Source of the DNA: Mesobacillus sp.
Lineage (GTDB): Bacteria; Bacillota; Bacilli; Bacillales; Cytobacillaceae
Reading direction: 5' to 3'
DNA: 64,000 nucleotides
Assembly: GCF_047739415.1 (NCBI RefSeq)
Contig: NZ_JBIQOE010000218.1
Coordinates: 15,254 to 79,253 of the forward strand
Numbering within the stretch: position 1 is the stretch's first letter; each line of letters begins with the position of its first letter. Shown here one piece after another: positions 1 to 8,853 of the stretch. The notes under the pieces were generated by a model. The model saw only the letters and a list, made by a program, of their open reading frames with translations. It ran no database searches and was not told where the DNA came from. Both the position numbers and the translations under genes were made by a program.

Positions 1-53
1 AGGTTTTCTAATTGCTCGTCGTTTGTCCATGATTGAGTTAAAACCTCAGCCAT
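1..53 (-). CDS. Partial CDS (N-terminus only, continues beyond left window edge), unknown function
   Basis: Minus-strand ATG at 53-51, preceded by GGGAGGAG (61-68) at 7-nt spacing. Reads MAEVLTQSWTNDEQLEN... and stays open to position 1. Confidence 0.3.
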   Translation of the reverse strand, partial: MAEVLTQSWTNDEQLEN

Positions 54-93
54 TTTGTTTCTCCTCCCGATAATTTGATTAGGATAAGCAAAC

Positions 94-158
94 AAAAAAA
101 GAACGACCACAAGACAATACAAATAGATTCAACATCTATTTGTACGCTTGGGTCGTTC
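94..158 (-). terminator. Compound hairpin with a minus-strand U-run (intrinsic terminator or attenuator)
   Basis: Outer stem gaacgacc (101-108) / ggtcgttc (151-158). Inner stem acaaatagat (119-128) / atctatttgt (134-143). The A7 run at 94-100 gives a U-run on the minus strand. Confidence 0.45.
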
Positions 159-281
159 CCATTTTAAAGTATTCGGTTGACGTTCTTGCTATCCTTACCA
201 AAAAGTGTATAACACAATACAGTTTATTTCAACAAAAAATTATGAAAGGCCCGTTAGAGCAAAAAGATAGAAAAACCACCT

Positions 282-310
282 AAAAAAATACAGGGATTAT
301 CTCCCTGTAT
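282..310 (-). terminator. Intrinsic terminator downstream of the coupling-protein gene
   Basis: Stem atacaggga (288-296) / tccctgtat (302-310), followed on the minus strand by a T-run (A-run 282-288 on plus). It begins 4 nt after the stop at 314. Confidence 0.7.
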
Positions 311-313
311 CAA

Positions 314-3058
314 TCAGTTTTCTTCAAAATCACTATAGAGCTTAGCGGCTGCCGCTTCTTTTGAGGAGGGTACTTTATCAACCTCTTTTAAAAGTTCATC
401 CATAAGTTGGAGTTCTTTTTCCCCTAATTCCGATTTACTGGCGCTCTCAGACTTGGCTTCAGGAGTATACTTGTTTTGTTGAAATATAGAGTCAAAACTG
501 AATACTTCTAACTCCTCCGTAATTTCGTCTGTCGTTCCACCTTCAGTAATGCCTAATGATTGTCCCTCTTTGTTATCTTCTAGTTCAGATCCTGCTGTTT
601 CGGAATTTTTTTGTGAGTCCATTTCTTGATGATCTAACAGTTCTGAAATTGCATCCTTCTCATCGTCATGTTCAATAGTGTCATATTCCTTTTCTTCTTT
701 ATAGGGAATAACAACAGGCTTCTTTATTTCTGGATAACCAACGAGCGGCTGGTCCCCCTGTGTTTCAACCTCTTGTTCAATTTCCTCTTCTACATCCTCA
801 ACTATTGATTCTTCCACTTCTTCTATACCTTCTTCTACCAGGAACGATTCAATGTGCATTTCACTTCGATTGGCCATCCAAAGCTTTGCTGCTTCCTCAT
901 CTACTTGGATAATCGCTTCTTTAAACTCAGATTTCGGCACGAAGTTGGCATCGATTTGCTTAACCGGTATTGGCCTGTTATTCGATACGATTTTTACTGC
1001 GCACTGAAATGGCTTCTGGTAAATGATATCAGCGGGTGATAAGATAGCTTCTTTGGTTTTTTGATAGCTGTTCCCCATTCTAAGCATCGGCTTCTCTTGC
1101 AACGGACTAACTGCTTGTTCATTGACACTTTCTTCAAACCGCTCTTTCTCCCCGAATATTTTCGAGAACAGTTGTGCATCAAAATCCGGAATATCACCGT
1201 ATACCATTTTATGACGAAGGGTACCTAGCAAAGTATGCATATAAGTTTCCCCATATTTGTCGGCAAGCTGCGTAACTGTCTGCGCGACTACTGTGACAAT
1301 CGCTTTATATTTCCTGGATTGTGCCGGGAATTCACGGAAGGGTTGATAAATATAGTCAGGGAATTCATCCACCAATATATGGTGAAAGTTCGATATATTA
1401 GGTGGCCTGCGGAATACAGCGTTCTGTAAACTCAATAGAATCAATTTCCCGAGGATGTTAGAAAGTCCTCCTAACTCCCCTTTTGCTGTATTGACGAGTA
1501 AAACGCCACCCATTTCGAGATGTTTATCAAAATCAAAATCAGACTTTCCGAATAGGACCCTCCGAATTAGCGGGCTGGCCCCGATATCATTCAGAACATT
1601 TCGCAACCCTTGAACATACTCAGCCTTGGCATCGTAATAAGCGTCTTCGCCGCGGTACTCTCCATGCGTAACCTTTTCGGGTACATTTGCTCCTCCTACT
1701 CTTGAGGTCTTTGGCAAAAGGTTCATATCGAACCACTCATCAATCTGTTTTACGATTGCCCAGTGATTTCGCTTATCTCGATCTTCAATTTCCTCAATGC
1801 TTTTCGGGAAAGTTTCCTTTAGTTTCAAATGCATCCTGCGGACAAGCTGCGGATTATTATACATATTAAGAAGCATATCGAAAGTAACATCCTGGTCAGG
1901 CTCATGAAGTTTCAGAAGATATATATAATGCTTGAGATGGTTCCTTTCACTTTGTTCAAAGAAGAAGTTACCACCATTACCGCCTTCTGCTAATCCTTGG
2001 ATGACCATCGCAAATGCTTCCGCAACCTTCTCGACCGGTCCCTGCATTGGATTAATGCTCGGAGTGTTTGGATTGGTAGGGTCTATATAAAAAACAGACT
2101 CCTCCGGAATACCATGCGCTTTGACAAGTTGAAATGCTTTTTGACACAAATCATTTGATGGCTCGATGACACTTATCCCGTTCAAATACATTCCCTTGAC
2201 TTCTTCGGAATGGTAATCCTCACGCTTATGAATTTTCGGGTAATCGTTTATAAATCTGCTCATCCAATGAAGGTCCTGATTAAGAATAGGTAAAACCAAA
2301 GCTGCTGTTTTACCAGTACCAATACTACCTACGATGATATTATTAAGGGTTCTATCGCGGCCTGGTTGAATGAGAAGTTCCTTTGTTTCTGATTCGGGAC
2401 CTAAAGCCACGTCTGGCCAATGTTCTTTCACTTCTAACTTAAACCATTTTTGAAGGAAAACATTTTTAAATTCAAACTCGCTGAAGGCTTCCTTCAAATC
2501 TGCGGAATACTGAGAATATTGTCCACTTAACCACAAAAGGAGAGCGGCTGAAACAACAGTTGGGATGAACATGATAGTGATAAGTAAGGTGTTTACATCC
2601 CCTACAGCTATTGCATGCCAAACATTCTCGATTTCCAGTTCATTAATTCTACCGCCCAGGTATGGTAGCAATACGTTATACACGGGAGCGGAAATCAACC
2701 AAAGATAATAAAATATAACTCCGACAAACATATTCCAGAACCATAAATTCCGAAACAGTCGGGTTTGAAACTTTTTAAATTTTGTACTGATCAACCACCC
2801 CACTATCAACCAAATGGATGCAAACATAAAACCCAAGAAAGTAGGTTGGGTAGAATCTCCGAACAGAACAAAACTCGGAATAGCCCCCATAAATTGCCCT
2901 GCCATCAAGAATAGATAATTAAAGCCCGCTTTTAAAGATAGAAACAAAGAAACGATAGCTGTGATTAACATCGAAACCATTGGAAGCTTCGGAACTACTT
3001 TATGTTTCATATAGGGTATCAATTTACTTTTCCAAAATTCCACGAGTTTATCTTCCAT
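314..3058 (-). CDS. Type IV coupling protein (VirD4/TraG/TraD family ATPase) with N-terminal polytopic membrane domain and long acidic C-terminal tail
   Basis: 914 aa. About 170 hydrophobic N-terminal residues forming several TM segments. Walker A GSIGTGKTAALVLP and Walker B HHILVDEFPDY. Asp/Glu-rich C-terminus. Overlaps the relaxase-candidate gene by 11 nt. Confidence 0.8.
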   Translation of the reverse strand: MEDKLVEFWKSKLIPYMKHKVVPKLPMVSMLITAIVSLFLSLKAGFNYLFLMAGQFMGAIPSFVLFGDSTQPTFLGFMFASIWLIVGWLISTKFKKFQTRLFRNLWFWNMFVGVIFYYLWLISAPVYNVLLPYLGGRINELEIENVWHAIAVGDVNTLLITIMFIPTVVSAALLLWLSGQYSQYSADLKEAFSEFEFKNVFLQKWFKLEVKEHWPDVALGPESETKELLIQPGRDRTLNNIIVGSIGTGKTAALVLPILNQDLHWMSRFINDYPKIHKREDYHSEEVKGMYLNGISVIEPSNDLCQKAFQLVKAHGIPEESVFYIDPTNPNTPSINPMQGPVEKVAEAFAMVIQGLAEGGNGGNFFFEQSERNHLKHYIYLLKLHEPDQDVTFDMLLNMYNNPQLVRRMHLKLKETFPKSIEEIEDRDKRNHWAIVKQIDEWFDMNLLPKTSRVGGANVPEKVTHGEYRGEDAYYDAKAEYVQGLRNVLNDIGASPLIRRVLFGKSDFDFDKHLEMGGVLLVNTAKGELGGLSNILGKLILLSLQNAVFRRPPNISNFHHILVDEFPDYIYQPFREFPAQSRKYKAIVTVVAQTVTQLADKYGETYMHTLLGTLRHKMVYGDIPDFDAQLFSKIFGEKERFEESVNEQAVSPLQEKPMLRMGNSYQKTKEAILSPADIIYQKPFQCAVKIVSNNRPIPVKQIDANFVPKSEFKEAIIQVDEEAAKLWMANRSEMHIESFLVEEGIEEVEESIVEDVEEEIEQEVETQGDQPLVGYPEIKKPVVIPYKEEKEYDTIEHDDEKDAISELLDHQEMDSQKNSETAGSELEDNKEGQSLGITEGGTTDEITEELEVFSFDSIFQQNKYTPEAKSESASKSELGEKELQLMDELLKEVDKVPSSKEAAAAKLYSDFEEN

Positions 3059-4337
3059 ACAACAACACTCCCTCTTTCTTAGATGTGTTAACTGTCTTAA
3101 AAAATAGAGGGTGAGTTTCTAAATCAATAGAAAGCTGCTCTTTACTGGTAAAATGAACATTCGGAAGCAATTTGCCCAACACATCGGAATGCAGTTCTTC
3201 ATTGCTTTGATAAATCGCTAAAATCTTATCCACTTTAATCTTGAACCTGTTTTCAGAAGATAGGAGGTTAAGATACTGTATTTGATCCAGACACTTTACA
3301 TCTCCCTCTTCCATGGTTTTAATTAGTACCGTTTCACACTTGTCTTTACCCACAAAGCGGAAATGGCCATCCGCATACAAGGATTCCTTCACTTCCGCTA
3401 GATAAAACTCGCTCGCGTCCATAGGCTCAATCATGTAATTGAAAGTGTCGTTAAGTTCCAAGAGCTTTGTAGCGGCTATGATTGAATTTGAACGCTGGCG
3501 TTCCAGAAGAGGCAATTCTCCCGTCATTATTTTATAAGCAATATTCCCAACTCTACTGATAGTTACAACATAAAAATTTAAATTTGAATGCACATGAGCG
3601 TTTGCCTGAATTATTAATTCCTTAAGGTTAGCCACCCTGCCACTGCGGTCTTTTGAATATTCGTTGTCATATAACAAAGCAGGATCATTCTCATCCAAAA
3701 CCACTAAGAGAACGTGATGGATTTCATTTGGACGTTGTTGAGCGTAATTTACGTATTTTATGACTTTCTCATTGATCTTAAGAAATTTCTCAGTGCCAGT
3801 ATCCAACTCTATATTCAGGAAACCGCAGGAATTAACAAGTACCCAATCAGGAACGACCGAAGGTTTAGAACCTTCGAAACCTGATTCATAATAAGGCATC
3901 TCCGACGGAGAAAACGAGGTGACTTCCCTGTTTTTCTTTTTTAACTCAATGAGAGTTAATAATACAGCGTCCCGGATGGCGAAGAAATGATCATAATTTC
4001 TCCTGCCCGATATATCTTCCAAAAGAACCTTGCTCGAAGGACTTATTAGCCCAGCCTTCTTCAGAACGACCACTCCTTCTGGCCCCACTCTGTAGAAAAC
4101 TTTTGCAGCTGGGGGTTTCGTATACCTTTTCGCCACAAGAACCTCAGCATCCCTCCATCTTCTCAGCTTCATTTCCAAGGAGCCTGGCTTTAAACCGTGC
4201 AGTCTTTCACAATAATACTTAATTTGATATAGCGATAAATATTTAAAGTCCCATATCAATTGTAAAAGTTCAAGATCTTGCTCAGAAAACCAAACAGCGT
4301 TCTTCTTACTAGTTTTCACTTGATGCTTTAGCGTCAT
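3048..4337 (-). CDS. Replication-relaxation (Replic_Relax) / MOB_L-like relaxase candidate
   Basis: 429 aa. The N-terminal pattern FSEQDLELLQLIWDFKYLSLYQIKYY is typical of the winged-helix start of Replic_Relax proteins. A PD-(D/E)xK-like stretch VVPDWVLV...NIELDTGTEK follows. Coupled to the T4CP gene and adjacent to an iteron/palindrome region. Confidence 0.5.
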   Translation of the reverse strand: MTLKHQVKTSKKNAVWFSEQDLELLQLIWDFKYLSLYQIKYYCERLHGLKPGSLEMKLRRWRDAEVLVAKRYTKPPAAKVFYRVGPEGVVVLKKAGLISPSSKVLLEDISGRRNYDHFFAIRDAVLLTLIELKKKNREVTSFSPSEMPYYESGFEGSKPSVVPDWVLVNSCGFLNIELDTGTEKFLKINEKVIKYVNYAQQRPNEIHHVLLVVLDENDPALLYDNEYSKDRSGRVANLKELIIQANAHVHSNLNFYVVTISRVGNIAYKIMTGELPLLERQRSNSIIAATKLLELNDTFNYMIEPMDASEFYLAEVKESLYADGHFRFVGKDKCETVLIKTMEEGDVKCLDQIQYLNLLSSENRFKIKVDKILAIYQSNEELHSDVLGKLLPNVHFTSKEQLSIDLETHPLFFKTVNTSKKEGVLLYGR

Positions 4338-4516
4338 TAACTTATCGCCTCCAAAACAAAAAGCACCCAGGACAAACAGAGCTATAGATTAAGCTCTAGC
4401 ATCCAGGGTGCTTCCCTCTGATATAAAGTTTCTTTCAAAGTATACCATTATTCAATGTTACCCAACAATATGGAATCAACAATAAACCCTGAATAAATAT
4501 AAACTTTATACAAAGA

Positions 4517-4768
4517 AAATTAGGGTACGGATTAGGGATGGAGATTAACTGAGGATAAAAAATACCTCTGTAAATTAGGGTACAAAATGAGTGCCTAGTT
4601 ACTAGTGGTTTTATGGGCATATCCCCCTCCGAACCGGGGGTGCGAAATAGGGTTGAAGTTACCATTCAAAATCAGCCTTTAGTCCTTGATATTATAGGGT
4701 TTATATTGTTCGGTTAATCACACAACCTATATCGAACAGGTTATCTTGTTCGGTAAAAGTTGTTCGGT
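4517..4768. repeat. Iteron cluster: AAATTAGGGTAC x2 plus degenerate TAGGG(T/A) copies; TTGTTCGGT x3 direct plus one partial inverted copy
   Basis: The exact 12-mer aaattagggtac sits at 4517-4528 and 4572-4583 (55-bp spacing). Related attaggga is at 4531-4538, aatagggtt at about 4646 and atagggttt at about 4693. The exact 9-mer ttgttcggt sits at 4707-4715, 4747-4755 and 4760-4768. An inverted cgaacagg is at 4733-4740. Confidence 0.7.
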
Positions 4769-5285
4769 ATACACCTGTTTTTAGCTTCTGCGGACTTATT
4801 GTAAAGAGCTTATTGGAAGAACAAGGACATGTATAGAAAAGTGAATAACAAATTAAGGCAGCTTCGCATAAAAGTACAATTAGACACTTCCTATCGTTGT
4901 TCAGAAAACATTGTTTACAAGGAATTTTACGTTAATTTAAAATCATTCACTTTCAAGATTCAATCTCGTAATTGAATGGCCATTTAAACGATTACCATAC
5001 ATAGCGGTAGTGATTTTTAGCCAGCGCATAAAGAAGAGATCTTATTCCCCTTACCAGTTCCGAAGGGTTAGGAACTATTAACGAAGGAGGCAATCACTTG
5101 GAATGAAAGTCCATTAAAAGAAGAACAAATGCATTGAGCCTTGTATACTGAAAGTGAACATTGGAGAATTATATAATTTTTCATGCAAACGAAATCGCGG
5201 ACCTCAATTGTGTATCTTAAAGGTTTGTAAGTTTAAAACGGAACCCTTGGGTCTTTAGAATGTCAACAATATCAAGGGTTCTTTT

Positions 5286-5307
5286 GTGGTCCGCAATTGC
5301 GGACCAC
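5286..5307. promoter_or_regulatory. Perfect 22-bp palindrome (candidate protein-binding site or oriT inverted repeat)
   Basis: gtggtccgcaattgcggaccac is self-complementary and is followed by a G8 run (5311-5318). A related half-site gcggacctcaattg lies at 5197-5210. Just upstream is the hairpin gaacccttg (5241-5249) / caagggttc (5273-5281) followed by tttt. Confidence 0.5.
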
Positions 5308-5392
5308 ATGGGGGGGGCGTAACAATGAAAACCTATTAAAAATTACACGTTTTTTATCTTTCTGATTGCTATAATTTGCTTATTTAACTATA

Positions 5393-5435
5393 ATGTACCT
5401 TAAAGGTACATATTTATGGGGCGTAAAGGTACATA
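5393..5435 (+). promoter_or_regulatory. Operator-like repeats over the tubR start region
   Basis: Inverted repeat atgtacc-N5-ggtacat (5393-5411). The direct repeat taaaggtaca occurs at 5401-5410 and 5424-5433. TATAAT-like boxes lie at about 5370 and about 5389. Confidence 0.45.
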
Positions 5436-5449
5436 AAGGTGGTGTGAAG

Positions 5450-5803
5450 ATGAATGACAAAACGTCCATAAAGGTTGGTTATAAAGACTTAGACTTGCTT
5501 GAATACGATGAAGACACTCTAAGGTTTTTACGTAAAAAACTAGATGATTTTACTATCGATGTATTCAGAAGAATTATTACGGAAAACAAGTTACATAGAG
5601 GGCTTATTAAAGCCAGGCTTGAGGATTTCCACAGCATGAGGAAAAAGTATGATGCATCATTTCTGATTTTAGAGGCACAAGGATTTATAGAAAAAAAGGA
5701 AGATGGTACAGCTACCCCGTATTTTGTTACAGTTCGGGGTAGGCAACTTGGACAGTTATTAAAAATGGAAAAGTTAGAGCGAGAGGAGCTTGTAAATGAT
5801 TAA
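5450..5803 (+). CDS. tubR: TubR-like winged-helix centromere-binding protein (assigned mainly by position)
   Basis: 117 aa from the ATG at 5450, with RBS AAAGGTGG upstream. The ORF-track start at 5393 lies inside the repeats. A wing-like segment is FIEKKEDGTATPYFVTVRGRQL. The gene overlaps the tubZ start by 8 nt. Confidence 0.55.
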   Translation: MNDKTSIKVGYKDLDLLEYDEDTLRFLRKKLDDFTIDVFRRIITENKLHRGLIKARLEDFHSMRKKYDASFLILEAQGFIEKKEDGTATPYFVTVRGRQLGQLLKMEKLEREELVND

Positions 5804-7154
5804 ACCATTTGCTGAAAATGAAAAACTAGGGGCAATTAAAGCTTTGCTATCCCCACATTTGTTGTCTGATGAAGTTAAAAAGGAAATGAATCGTTTTCCT
5901 TCTCAAGCCATTATTGGCTTAGGACAAGGTGGAGGACGTATTGCAGCAGAATTATCAAGGTTTGGTTTTCCTACATTTTTATTAAATTCCTCAAAGTCTG
6001 ATATGGAAGAACATAAAAATTTGATCCCTGAGAATAGACGGATTGTGACTTCAAGTAAGGACTACCCAGAGCTTGAAGGAACCGACAAAGATGCACGATT
6101 AGGCTTTGAAATCGCAAAGGAAAATAAAGATCTGTACGCTAGTGTTGCTTTAGATGACGCAATTCAAGATGCTGAGTTTGTTTGGGTGTGTGTAAGCCTT
6201 GGTGGCGGGACTGGTAATGGAGCACTAAAAGTCGCATTAACGTATCTTTCGAAGGTAAGGCAGAACAGAGCACTTCCGGGCGGAAAAATCCCTCTTGGTG
6301 TCATCTGTTCACTCCCATCTTCCGATGAAAAGGGGTCAGCTTTTAGAAAAAATGCACTTGCCGGTATCAGTGTCATCCAACAATTAATGAACGAAAGTAA
6401 AATGGGTACTGCCATTGTTATAGACAACGAGAAAATGAATGACTACTATGCTCACAGCCCTCTCAAGACCTACGGAGGAACAGAAATTGATGCGAAGTCA
6501 TATAGTAACATGGTAATTGCAAGTGCGTTGGCAGAAGTTTCTTCTCTTCCTTTACTTGATGGTCGATCCGTTTTTGATAAGACAGAATTGCTGACTACAC
6601 TATCAACTCCAGGATGGCTCTCCATATCGAAGCATAAAGATTTAAAAAATGATGAAGATATTGAATCTGTCATCGGTAATCTTTTTAATAATAACGAGGT
6701 TCTTGCGAATTACAAGGTCCAGAACGCCATAGCTGGAGCTGTCGCAGTATTGTATCCTACAACTAAAAATATATCACCTAAAATTGCTGATGATGTTTAT
6801 CGATATACTTCCAAGCTATTAAATACAAAAGTGAACCTATCAATCTCTAAAAATAGCAAGATGGAGAGCCTAGCTTTGTATGGTTTGGCGGTTTATTTGA
6901 CCCCTTCTATACGTATTCAGCAGTTGAAAGAAGAACTAAAACAATGGGAACAAATCGAAAAAGAACAAGAAGAAGCCAAAAAGCAAGCGGCTTCCAGTAT
7001 AGGTCTTGATGAATTTGAAGATTTCTTCTCTTCTCCTAATATGGCAAAGGGAAGAAAAAAATTAACTCTCACTGATTTGGATGAGGACTTCGAAGAAACT
7101 ATGAAGGAGTCAAAAAAAATTATAGCTGCGGATCTAAATGACATAGATTTTTAA
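5796..7154 (+). CDS. tubZ: TubZ-like tubulin/FtsZ-superfamily GTPase (type III plasmid partition)
   Basis: 452 aa. Tubulin signature motif SLGGGTGNG and T1-loop-like GLGQGGGRIA. Charged, flexible C-terminal tail. Preceded by a small DNA-binding gene. Confidence 0.8.
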   Translation: MIKPFAENEKLGAIKALLSPHLLSDEVKKEMNRFPSQAIIGLGQGGGRIAAELSRFGFPTFLLNSSKSDMEEHKNLIPENRRIVTSSKDYPELEGTDKDARLGFEIAKENKDLYASVALDDAIQDAEFVWVCVSLGGGTGNGALKVALTYLSKVRQNRALPGGKIPLGVICSLPSSDEKGSAFRKNALAGISVIQQLMNESKMGTAIVIDNEKMNDYYAHSPLKTYGGTEIDAKSYSNMVIASALAEVSSLPLLDGRSVFDKTELLTTLSTPGWLSISKHKDLKNDEDIESVIGNLFNNNEVLANYKVQNAIAGAVAVLYPTTKNISPKIADDVYRYTSKLLNTKVNLSISKNSKMESLALYGLAVYLTPSIRIQQLKEELKQWEQIEKEQEEAKKQAASSIGLDEFEDFFSSPNMAKGRKKLTLTDLDEDFEETMKESKKIIAADLNDIDF

Positions 7155-7157
7155 TAG

Positions 7158-7181
7158 GCCAAGCGTTGCTTGGCTTTTTTT
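7158..7181 (+). terminator. Intrinsic terminator after tubZ
   Basis: Stem gccaagc (7158-7164) / gcttggc (7168-7174) followed by T7. Confidence 0.75.
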
Positions 7182-7306
7182 GCGTTCAAGTACACTCAGA
7201 GAAAATCGTCACGCTCCTAAAAAGCGATTTATTGTTATGACAGGCGTTAAAGCACATCGGACGTTCCTGATCGCAATCGTCCGAGAATCATAATTATTTC
7301 AATCAA

Positions 7307-7360
7307 GTTGATTCAATTACATAAAAGAATGATTCAAACTATTTAATGAATCAATTACGT
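7307..7360. repeat. Short repeats (G/A)ATTCAA / ATCAATTAC in the tubZ-downstream intergenic region
   Basis: ttgattcaattac (7308-7320), gattcaaact (7331-7340) and gaatcaattac (7348-7358), followed by gaatggatgaaat. Confidence 0.4.
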
Positions 7361-7549
7361 AAATGAATGGATGAAATGCGATTTTGAAAAAATCAGCTAT
7401 ACATCGTTTGCTTGCCTTAACGCTAACGCTGCACATTGTCCGGATTGAGTTAACGCCTATAAAAACAAAGGATTTTTGTTGATTTGTCTTGATGAGAGAG
7501 GTATGCTTTATTAAAGATTGTAGATTTCTACAATAGGAGGTGAATTCGA

Positions 7550-8464
7550 GTGGAAGAAATCGATATTAGAGAATTGCTCGAAGACGATTTTAAAAATGAT
7601 CCAATTTATCGGTTAATCTTATTGAATGGTTTGCGAAATGACCTCTTTACTGAAGGGATACTTTCTTTACATCCCGATTTAACCTATAGCACCGTAGAAA
7701 CTGGAAGGATCATTGAACGATCGGATTCAACCATAAGGAATCATTTTCGTTCTGATTTGATTGAATACATAGCGCCAGAAAGGTTCGGGAAGTATTATCG
7801 ACTTAATTATCAAAGTGTTTTCCGCTTGCATATGATCTTTCTGTTAATGGAAAAGGCTTCAAAGTCTACGGTTGATCTCCTAGCTGAGCTAGGTATGCAA
7901 CCAGCGATTTCGATGGGGAATTTTAGAAGACAAAATTCTAATAAAGAAGGGGGGGCTAATACTGGACTAATACAACATGATTCCAAGAATGAGGAAAGGT
8001 TTTTAAGTCTTGAAAAATCTATAGCATTACAACGTTTGTTACTAAATATCTATGAGTATGAAAAAGAAATAGCCGATATCAATAGAAAAATCGACTTAAA
8101 CGAGTTTTCGATTAGACAAATTAAATCTGAAACTCATATGAAGTACTTGGAAGAGAAACAATCTCAACTTCTGACAAATTCTCTTAAGAAAACTATAAAA
8201 AAACAATCGTTTCTTGGCTTCTTCAAGAAGAATGAAGAGATCGATATTGAAGAAATCTCTGCTCAAATTGACTCAACATTAAAGGAAAAATATTTGTTAG
8301 AGTCTAACGAAAAGATAAAAGAATACGAGGAACAAAACTCTATTCTAGAAGAAAAAAAGAGGACGCTTTTAGAAACTATAGGCAACCGGAGGGATATGTT
8401 GTCGCAACTCCAATCAGAGAGCAAAAAAGCAACTTTTATCGATTCTAGCAAAATAAATAATTGA
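7550..8464 (+). CDS. MerR-like HTH plus long coiled-coil protein (possible TubY-like partition modulator)
   Basis: 304 aa. GTG start after AGGAGGTG. The N-terminal YSTVETGRIIERSDSTIRNHF...YYRLNYQSVFRL resembles a MerR-type HTH. The C-terminal half is Lys/Glu-rich heptad-like sequence. The gene lies immediately downstream of tubRZ. Confidence 0.4.
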   Translation: MEEIDIRELLEDDFKNDPIYRLILLNGLRNDLFTEGILSLHPDLTYSTVETGRIIERSDSTIRNHFRSDLIEYIAPERFGKYYRLNYQSVFRLHMIFLLMEKASKSTVDLLAELGMQPAISMGNFRRQNSNKEGGANTGLIQHDSKNEERFLSLEKSIALQRLLLNIYEYEKEIADINRKIDLNEFSIRQIKSETHMKYLEEKQSQLLTNSLKKTIKKQSFLGFFKKNEEIDIEEISAQIDSTLKEKYLLESNEKIKEYEEQNSILEEKKRTLLETIGNRRDMLSQLQSESKKATFIDSSKINN

Positions 8465-8519
8465 ATATTACGAACATATGTTTTATAATATAAGAAAACA
8501 TATTTAGGGGTTGATCTAC

Positions 8520-8633
8520 ATGTTCCTTTTGATGAAAGAAAAAACTGAACACGCTTTAAATAACATTATTGTAGGTCTTGCAACAATGGCCCTTCTAACT
8601 GCAATTGTAATTACAATTTTAGATCGCATATAA
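8520..8633 (+). CDS. 37-aa single-TM peptide (candidate type I toxin or small membrane protein)
   Basis: MFLLMKEKTEHALNNIIVGLATMALLTAIVITILDRI. A hairpin plus T-run terminator at about 8634-8668 follows directly. An inverted repeat acatatgtttt/aaaacatat spans a TATAAT box upstream. Confidence 0.4.
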   Translation: MFLLMKEKTEHALNNIIVGLATMALLTAIVITILDRI

Positions 8634-8853
8634 AAATCCTTTCCAATACGGGGAGGATTTTTTATAATTCCTTAGCTGCTATTTTTTGCTTTTTTTTTAA
8701 AAACTTAGGGTATGAATGTACCCTAAGTTTCGGAAGCCAATTATATAGGCAGCTAAGGGAAATTTTAAAACTCTTCCTCATATGATTCAACTTTTTTTGA
8801 AAATACGTTAAAATAATGGTTAATAGTCTTGTGAATAAAGGAGGGGATACACG

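Noticed and set aside
4435-4665. 76-aa minus-strand ORF in the intergenic hub
   Set aside because: It has no RBS, runs through the TAGGGT iterons and has a low-complexity hydrophobic composition. The region is better explained as non-coding cis-acting DNA.
4517-4768. Short direct repeats considered as a possible CRISPR array
   Set aside because: The repeats are only 9-12 bp, irregularly spaced and of at least two unrelated families. No cas genes are present in the window.
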